From an uncultured virus (IMG/VR IMGVR_UViG_3300002835_000038) (taxonomy: Duplodnaviria; Heunggongvirae; Uroviricota; Caudoviricetes), in IMG/VR virus record IMGVR_UViG_3300002835_000038, positions 1 to 64,000 of that record: 64,000 bases of DNA. One strand, written 5' to 3'. How positions within the stretch are numbered: the stretch's first letter is position 1; each line of letters opens with the position of its first letter. Position numbers and translations under genes: made by a program. The notes beneath the pieces are model-generated. The model was not told the DNA's origin. It ran no database searches and worked only from the letters and a program-made list of their open reading frames with translations. Below, piece by piece: positions 58,201 through 64,000 of the stretch.

Positions 58201-61200
58201 TTTTTGAGTTGTTTCATCACCAATTACTAAATAATTTTTAGATAATGTGTTGATGTTCTCTTTTACTACATTAATATCTTTTACTAAAGTATTTTCTACT
58301 TCTTTTTGGTTTTCAAATTTTGCAACAACTAATTGTTCTTCTAAATAATTATTTTGTTGACAATTATATAATAAATTTGAGTAGACTGTTTTTTCAGAAC
58401 TTAATCTAGCATTTTCAGTTTTAACACAATTATTATATAATTCTCTATCTCTTGTATTAATTGTTTTAGTATTACCATAAACTTGTGCTTTACAATAAGA
58501 TTCAACGTCAAAGGTATTTATTTCATTAATCTTATCTTCATAAATTTTACAATCTAATGGTAATGTAGCATTAGATAATGCCTTATTAATTACCTCAATT
58601 TGACTATTTTTTTCTGTAATCTGAGAATCAATTAATGTCTCAGTAATTTTTAACTTATTATTTTCAGTAGTTAATATATCTACTTGAGTTTCTTTACTTG
58701 AGATTAATGTATTCTTTTGTTTTTCAGAATTTATAATTTCATTAGATAACACAGACTTAGTTGGTTGATTTTCGGGTACCTCCTCTAAATTACAGTTAAA
58801 TTCGTATTGTGATATTACCCCAATAATTCCTTCTATAGTATTCTTATAATCCATATATAGATTAGTCCAAAGTCCATATTCTAATGGTATTTCTAACATA
58901 CAAATATTTGTAGTAGTTATATATTCATTAAAGTCTATAAAACATCCTGGTTGAACTATGTTTAAAGTGAAACAATCACCTATTGATATGTCTACCTCTT
59001 TTTTAATGTTATTTAAATCTGTACCATATGTAATCAATTCACTATAATCAAAATCAAATGAACCTAATAACTCACTATTTGGTGTTGTAACTATTTCTTC
59101 ATATGTATCAGAAATATTTTTAACCCAATTAGCATTAACTGAATACGAATCCTTCAATGATGCGATGTTTCCACCTACCGCATTACAACATTCAACAATT
59201 GGTTCGTTTTGTTGTGTGTTTTGCCATATAACATATTCTTCAGTTACATCCTCACTATCATTAAAGTTATTTTCTAAAATAGAACTTTCTTCCGAACTGT
59301 TAGTAAAAGAAACAAAGTTCATACATAATAAACTATTTAATGAATTATCATGAATAATTGCTGGATAACAATCTATTCTTGTTACACACTCTTTTAAATT
59401 TTCTGTCTGATATTTTACCATATAGTCAAAAGAAAAGTCTACTTTACAAGAACAATCTGTAACTTCAGGTAATTTAAATCCTGACCAAGCCTCACTCGCA
59501 AATACAATTGATACGTTATCTAAACTACCACACCCTATATGATTTGGATCAACAACCGCATTACTTATTGAGTTAGGGTTTTCTACATATAGATTACCAT
59601 TATCAACATACGGTATTAAATTATTTGTTGTTGTATCAATATAAAAAGAACCATATGTATACTGAGTAAACAGTTCTCCAACTGACTGATACAATTCTGC
59701 CAATTGTCCTGTTGCGTTCCAATCTAAAATGAAATCATTATAATATTCGATAGGAGTAAAACTTACTCTACCATATTCGTCTATTACGTGAACAACCCAA
59801 TTTGCTGGATTCATAAAATCAGGATCTTCAAACAAAGAATTTAAAATAACTTCAAAACAATCAATACAATCTTCACCAACACCTTTAACTATTATAGCCT
59901 CTTCTAAACAATCATCATATATTGTTGTCGAATAATATTGTGGTACTTCACCGATTGGGTTTTGTAATTCTACATAACCAATAGATGTATCAAATAACGA
60001 TGGTGGTATAACATACGTTGTTCCACCAGTTACAGTTGATAATTGATTACTATATGTCTCAATTTGTGTCTGTATTGTTGATTTTTCTATTTCAGTATTT
60101 AATGACTTATATGTTGTACCACCTATTGGTGTCTCTACAGTTTCTTTACCACTACCAGTCATACCTATAGGGTTTACATTAGGAACTGTAACACCACCTA
60201 AACCAATAACTGGTGAAGAAGGTAACGCAGGTACTGACGTGTTAGTAGTATTACCAACTGTCCCATTTGTTCCTGAAGTAGATGAGGTACCATTTAGTTC
60301 CCCCTCTAATCCCCCAATGTAATTTTGAATATCGTTTGTATTCGATGTTGGTGTAGTTAATGAACTACCTGAAATACATACAATATAACTTATATCATCT
60401 TCTTCAATAATTTGAAAATTGTATCCGTACCACGCACAACATTCAGGACTACTAATTATTGTTGTTAATTCACAATCAACTTCAACAAACCACTTAAAGA
60501 AATTAGACGGTAGACTGTTTGGGTTCAATCCGTTTAAATAAGTCTGTGGTGGAATTGTAGAGGTGTTTGATGATGGGGATGTCGAAAACTGTGTTACACC
60601 ATTAGGTGTTAACTGATAACATTTATTATTAAATGAATATATGTTATTTGGCATAGTATTATTAGTCAATTCAAACACTATAATACCATTAGGTAAAGTA
60701 TCAACTGGCTCACCAACACAAGGTGCAGTTTTAGAACAGTATTCAACTATTCTACATTCTTCATTAGTATATGTAACATATTGTCCACCTTCAGAAATAC
60801 AACAACTAGCAAATTCATTAAATGAAACCTTAGTACCACCAGAATTAACAAAGTATATATAAGGGTCACAAGTCACCGCACTTAAGGATGAACAATCTAT
60901 TTGGAAATTATCCTGTGGTATCTCATCAACACATATTTGTAATGTTTGATTAATGTCACAATTTTCAGAAGAAACTTCTAAAAGTGCATTGTTTTGTGCC
61001 ACCATATAGTTATTTTGTATTACATACCATTCTGGTGAATACGCCAAATAACTATTTTGTTGTATTTGTTGTTGGAAATTTAAATATGCTTCTTCAGCCG
61101 CCTCAAATTGTTGTTGGAATGTTGTCTTACCATCATTCTGTAGTGGCGTTTCAATAATACTATAATTAACGTTTACACAATCCTCTATGAATTGGTATGT

Positions 61201-63222
61201 ATTAATTGCGGGATTAAATGTTAATTGTGTTGTAAAAAATTCACTCGTCCCTGAAGGTACGCTATTAAATAATCCATGATTATAATTTAAAAAGTAATTT
61301 TCACCTAAAGTTGTTGCCGTAACAGTAACTGTGGGTTCTGAATTAAAGTTAGGGATAAAACACCTACTAAAATATTGTAGATATTCACTACCACCATCAT
61401 ATGCACCAACGTGTGGGTTGTTACCCTCTAAATTAGTTACTACATTAGAACCGTAAGTCTCCCTATACCAACCTCCCGCTTTTTGGAAATACATTTCGGT
61501 ATAATCATTCTCCACTAACTCACCCGTATTAGGATCAATAAAATTTGTAATTACTATATCACCATTTATTGGTGGTAGTGGGTACCCATTTTCATCGTAT
61601 GGGATATTTTGGAAGTTTACTTCTCCTGTATATATGTATAATAATCTTTTTATTTCCTCTACATCTAAAGGTTTGTCTAATATTACAATGTATTCATTGA
61701 AATTAACTAAGGATTCAGGTGCACCAATAAATCTGAATAAGAACTCAACTGCCTTCCTACTACCCTTACTTTTCCACAACCAAGCAATGTTCAATATTAA
61801 TCTTCTGTAAAGTTCAATATCAATCTCACTTTGAGTCATATTAGTTGATGTACCGCTAAACTCTCCACCACCGTTACTAGGTAAAAATAATTTACTAAAT
61901 GTATTATCCGTAACAAAAGTTATAGGGTCTAAACCTAACATATAAGCCAAATCTTTGACTAATACATCTGGTACGTTGTTTTTCTTATCGTATGTAACAA
62001 CGTGTGCGAATTTTATACCATTAATATATTTTTTAATGAAATCAAATTCTACTCCATATATTCTTAATAGTTTAGATGCTTTCTCACCATTTAATACATA
62101 ATCATTACCATCCCCTCTAGGTATGGTATCAAAACTACTTATTGCTTCCGTAGTATATTTTCTTATAATGATATCCGTTCTAGAATTATCTAAATCCTCA
62201 CCCAATTGATTCATCTTATCTAAAAAGGCAATATAATAACTATCAAAAAAGTTTAGGTTATAACCGTCTTCTAATAAAGGGAAATTAAATATCTTTTTAG
62301 ATGTGAGTAATACACCATTATCTGTATATTTCGTACTATAGAATTGTGATGTATATTTTGGATAAATATTTCTATCTAATAAGTTTAATTGTAAGTCATT
62401 TAATCCCGTAAAGAATTTCTCAATCTCCGATTCGTTTGGTTTTATGAAATACGGTATTGACGAATCTATTGGTGTCGTTAAGAATGATATTTGTGGTAAA
62501 ATTAAACCAGTTAATTCTGGAAAAGGATTTCCCTCAACAACTAATTCTACCTCAGAGTTAGTTTTTTGTGTTGCAGGTGCGATACTTTTTATTTTTTTCG
62601 AAATACCGTTATGTTCAATTGTATATGAACCATATTTTAACGTAAAATTTCTTAAAGGATTTTCTGTTTGTTCTGTAGGTGTAAATTGTGCATCTACAGT
62701 ATATTTTATATTGTATGGGTTAACAAAGAAATTACTATTTACCTTAAATGTTGATTCGTCCGCAGATAAATTATACACATAATTAGTAATATTATTACCT
62801 GTAACACTACCAACTTTATTATCCACATAAATTGCTGCAGGATAATTATTTTGTATGTCTATTAGGGAAGCCCTAATCAATTCTTTTGCAGAACCATACC
62901 AAACATAACTTAATGGATTTGTAATATCTAAATTAAGTTTTGTTTTTAAATTTTTTTGTATCTCTAATTGAGGTGTGTCCGCATCTACAATATCGTCTAA
63001 GGTAAAAAATTTAGATTTTGTACCCTGAGTAAATAAAACATTTGGTTTGGGATCTAAATTTACTGATATTGAAAAATTACCATTAGTAAATAACGTAGTC
63101 CCTCCCTCACTAGTAAGTTGGAACCCTACTAAGTCAGGACTAAAATTCCTATACTCAATGTTGTCATTGAAAAATATTCTTTTAGCGTATCCCGCAATTT
63201 TTATTCTCTTATTGTTAGCCAT
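55204..63222 (-). CDS. Giant structural protein (baseplate wedge-like, 2672 aa)
   Basis: LWKSKGSRKAVEFLFRFIG motif typical of baseplate/tail proteins; Cys-rich and coiled-coil inserts. Confidence 0.6.
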   Translation of the reverse strand: MANNKRIKIAGYAKRIFFNDNIEYRNFSPDLVGFQLTSEGGTTLFTNGNFSISVNLDPKPNVLFTQGTKSKFFTLDDIVDADTPQLEIQKNLKTKLNLDITNPLSYVWYGSAKELIRASLIDIQNNYPAAIYVDNKVGSVTGNNITNYVYNLSADESTFKVNSNFFVNPYNIKYTVDAQFTPTEQTENPLRNFTLKYGSYTIEHNGISKKIKSIAPATQKTNSEVELVVEGNPFPELTGLILPQISFLTTPIDSSIPYFIKPNESEIEKFFTGLNDLQLNLLDRNIYPKYTSQFYSTKYTDNGVLLTSKKIFNFPLLEDGYNLNFFDSYYIAFLDKMNQLGEDLDNSRTDIIIRKYTTEAISSFDTIPRGDGNDYVLNGEKASKLLRIYGVEFDFIKKYINGIKFAHVVTYDKKNNVPDVLVKDLAYMLGLDPITFVTDNTFSKLFLPSNGGGEFSGTSTNMTQSEIDIELYRRLILNIAWLWKSKGSRKAVEFLFRFIGAPESLVNFNEYIVILDKPLDVEEIKRLLYIYTGEVNFQNIPYDENGYPLPPINGDIVITNFIDPNTGELVENDYTEMYFQKAGGWYRETYGSNVVTNLEGNNPHVGAYDGGSEYLQYFSRCFIPNFNSEPTVTVTATTLGENYFLNYNHGLFNSVPSGTSEFFTTQLTFNPAINTYQFIEDCVNVNYSIIETPLQNDGKTTFQQQFEAAEEAYLNFQQQIQQNSYLAYSPEWYVIQNNYMVAQNNALLEVSSENCDINQTLQICVDEIPQDNFQIDCSSLSAVTCDPYIYFVNSGGTKVSFNEFASCCISEGGQYVTYTNEECRIVEYCSKTAPCVGEPVDTLPNGIIVFELTNNTMPNNIYSFNNKCYQLTPNGVTQFSTSPSSNTSTIPPQTYLNGLNPNSLPSNFFKWFVEVDCELTTIISSPECCAWYGYNFQIIEEDDISYIVCISGSSLTTPTSNTNDIQNYIGGLEGELNGTSSTSGTNGTVGNTTNTSVPALPSSPVIGLGGVTVPNVNPIGMTGSGKETVETPIGGTTYKSLNTEIEKSTIQTQIETYSNQLSTVTGGTTYVIPPSLFDTSIGYVELQNPIGEVPQYYSTTIYDDCLEEAIIVKGVGEDCIDCFEVILNSLFEDPDFMNPANWVVHVIDEYGRVSFTPIEYYNDFILDWNATGQLAELYQSVGELFTQYTYGSFYIDTTTNNLIPYVDNGNLYVENPNSISNAVVDPNHIGCGSLDNVSIVFASEAWSGFKLPEVTDCSCKVDFSFDYMVKYQTENLKECVTRIDCYPAIIHDNSLNSLLCMNFVSFTNSSEESSILENNFNDSEDVTEEYVIWQNTQQNEPIVECCNAVGGNIASLKDSYSVNANWVKNISDTYEEIVTTPNSELLGSFDFDYSELITYGTDLNNIKKEVDISIGDCFTLNIVQPGCFIDFNEYITTTNICMLEIPLEYGLWTNLYMDYKNTIEGIIGVISQYEFNCNLEEVPENQPTKSVLSNEIINSEKQKNTLISSKETQVDILTTENNKLKITETLIDSQITEKNSQIEVINKALSNATLPLDCKIYEDKINEINTFDVESYCKAQVYGNTKTINTRDRELYNNCVKTENARLSSEKTVYSNLLYNCQQNNYLEEQLVVAKFENQKEVENTLVKDINVVKENINTLSKNYLVIGDETTQKSTLDNNDYINTINKTAIILGVTPKSITNAEGQIVLNDSQKVTLNIELQKNKTQVSALEKQKEDITYDIVQNDNSTLKTTITIDEIVDVIAEAQAEIPSPCDPTLPNPCCSQELFNYLNNTLETLQTKLIEIENITESVYDEWYSEILTQYNDYINSTESYLTLIDDLKLNFKLFVDNNNLVYTSQVDSNLTYLPYTQSVNPFWVFNPSVGYSGIILEGSEQDIALIEDSVFTELSNSNTPYNSNLFQPNWNTFNFTIPECVCDDLRRLYPEKEFFFSVEIENYNCSVCLLIDNIIINVSDCKTERLVSLNNCLIPQLSCVIDNKKSWVYTDQGIITETIYPDGPCNTASTSNYQVVKLGTPEERLWTDLEYRYTNYDVNHSDLIINVKNTTFSIDPAKAIECDVFNFWKNIDCSGSCPTNCTSASTVVYSGQVYSSTTLFDYSLDLSASTTGLTFSCSTFTNTLVNQVTELKNEYYALTSDYTNSLNASYYDLLNLGSSLSGFEIQNNNCGTDTLVINNNQQTDNLFGLITENYDGTLSVYETYIYSGSTPYTGGTLVEVLSGVTAQTFNQTTFVDENCCKTLNSILNGEGLDGLGLGKNYQWDSNNGYCVWKPIDGCSVCEGDCEYCGTLNECSNGYYTGNTYNICINPLDYLDVQPSEINVKDMFDQLVQSNLIDVKSRQTISDYPLLRLFYELYLNANNCGKELSGKFTYNTMFEFMDKIGDYWLNLLEQVVPATTIWEGCDNSGKVYRNTIFDQNKFQYKKYSLNFIETTTGCTLSAYTDFSIGSEDVYSLVEQIPIYPTNDVINNIKNQIKIKNIQIELVKDNIAAQNKILCSLNLQDLDTPNLQSQIDVVTAQIQLLTGNLTNLETQLSNLLTNLSNEETQYLLQQQNYYSNFMSCSGLTETLVQAENNLVNFIPGTTLYERQRNYISILRDKVNKCVRVSNTLISDYNKVFITQIYDTNEYEGNVTILGDPDWEEGGYFYNQELIHNCTTE

Positions 63223-63229
63223 TTACGTT

Positions 63230-63997
63230 TTAAAAATTAGTTATATCATCAAAATCTTTTGTTGGGTCGATAGTAAATTTCTGTTCCCTAACTTCATACA
63301 ACGGTTTACCAGTAAACTGATCTTTAACTTCATATAAGTTATATTGTCTGTAAATCTGATTACCAAAATTGTATATAGTATAAATACCATCTTCCAAAGA
63401 TTTTGTTTGGTTAGAGAATAGTGCATATGCCAATGTTTCTTCATCGAATTCCACCATTTCTATTTCCAACATAACTGGATTAAAAAACGTATTTGTTATA
63501 ATTACATCCTGAAGAGGATTACCTATAAAAGGTATTGCGTTTGGTTTAACTGATGGTGCCGAAGAAGGGGATACAGTACAAAATACACTAGTCGAATTAT
63601 CATTAAATGTGTATGCCTGTGACGCATTTGAATTACCTTGATTTTGTGAAATAGGTAATGCCCTATTATTAGACGTTACAATCCTAAATAAATTTTGGAT
63701 TTTATCTTGTCCAGTACCAGTCTGTTCTTTTATATATTCTATTCTATAACCAACAAGATTACCATTCTCAAATCTATTTTGTAATTCAAGTGGTATTTGA
63801 TTGATATCGAAAACGATTCCTTTCACATCTTGATTATCCACCAAAACTGCACAATCTTGTATCGTAGTTCTAATTTGTTTAGGTCTTATTACAATACTAT
63901 AAAATCCTTTAGAACCAAATACTGATGTAGGTAATTTTAATGTATATAATCCACCAAAAATTTCATTTACATTGTTTGGGTTGTTTGCAGGAATCAA
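63230..63997 (-). CDS. Probable structural protein (5' end beyond window)
   Basis: Open frame reaches window edge; in structural operon. Confidence 0.65.
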   Translation of the reverse strand: MIPANNPNNVNEIFGGLYTLKLPTSVFGSKGFYSIVIRPKQIRTTIQDCAVLVDNQDVKGIVFDINQIPLELQNRFENGNLVGYRIEYIKEQTGTGQDKIQNLFRIVTSNNRALPISQNQGNSNASQAYTFNDNSTSVFCTVSPSSAPSVKPNAIPFIGNPLQDVIITNTFFNPVMLEIEMVEFDEETLAYALFSNQTKSLEDGIYTIYNFGNQIYRQYNLYEVKDQFTGKPLYEVREQKFTIDPTKDFDDITNF

Positions 63998-64000
63998 TAC

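Noticed and set aside
22821..63444. Many antisense or nested ORFs (e.g. 22821-23360, 34765-35217, 38183-38734, 41726-42340, 62444-62782)
   Set aside because: They are opposite-strand shadows of well-supported genes, with Ser/Leu/Phe-rich composition.
1..64000. Stop-codon reassignment, as in some large phages
   Set aside because: Genes are full length and densely packed under code 11, and no suppressor tRNA (CUA or UCA anticodon) was seen.
1..64000. CRISPR array, rRNA, intron or intein
   Set aside because: No regularly spaced repeat-spacer array, rRNA sequence or split gene was seen by eye. The 44571 nuclease lacks the Cys cluster pattern expected of Cas4.

Overview
This AT-rich window comes from a large (jumbo-type) tailed phage, with almost all genes on the minus strand. 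The host is probably in Bacteroidota, judged from TAnnTTTG-type promoters, A-rich start regions without Shine-Dalgarno sequences, a tmRNA tag that resumes with Gly, and an Hc1-like protein. The left part (1-24 kb) is a translation and RNA-maintenance region. It holds 24 tRNA genes in three clusters covering all 20 amino acids, a tmRNA with an unusually long tag, an ArfA-like small ORF, RNA end-healing-type enzymes, a Ro60/TROVE-like protein next to related stem-closed ncRNAs, two DNA methyltransferases and DnaJ. The middle (26-48 kb) holds lysis and peptidoglycan enzymes, probable head-internal proteins, a sigma factor, SbcCD/gp46-47, an exonuclease, primase and a RuvC-like resolvase. The right end (48.7-64 kb) encodes large tail or baseplate-like proteins. 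The main finding is two unannotated 32-codon leader ORFs (8372-8470 and 10220-10318). Each lies between a near-identical promoter and a GAAA-capped intrinsic terminator that precedes a tRNA cluster, and each carries an antiterminator. Their core codons match the downstream tRNAs down to the isoacceptor, which looks like ribosome-mediated attenuation that turns on phage tRNA operons when the matching tRNAs run short. Everything was read by eye, with no database searches or folding programs.
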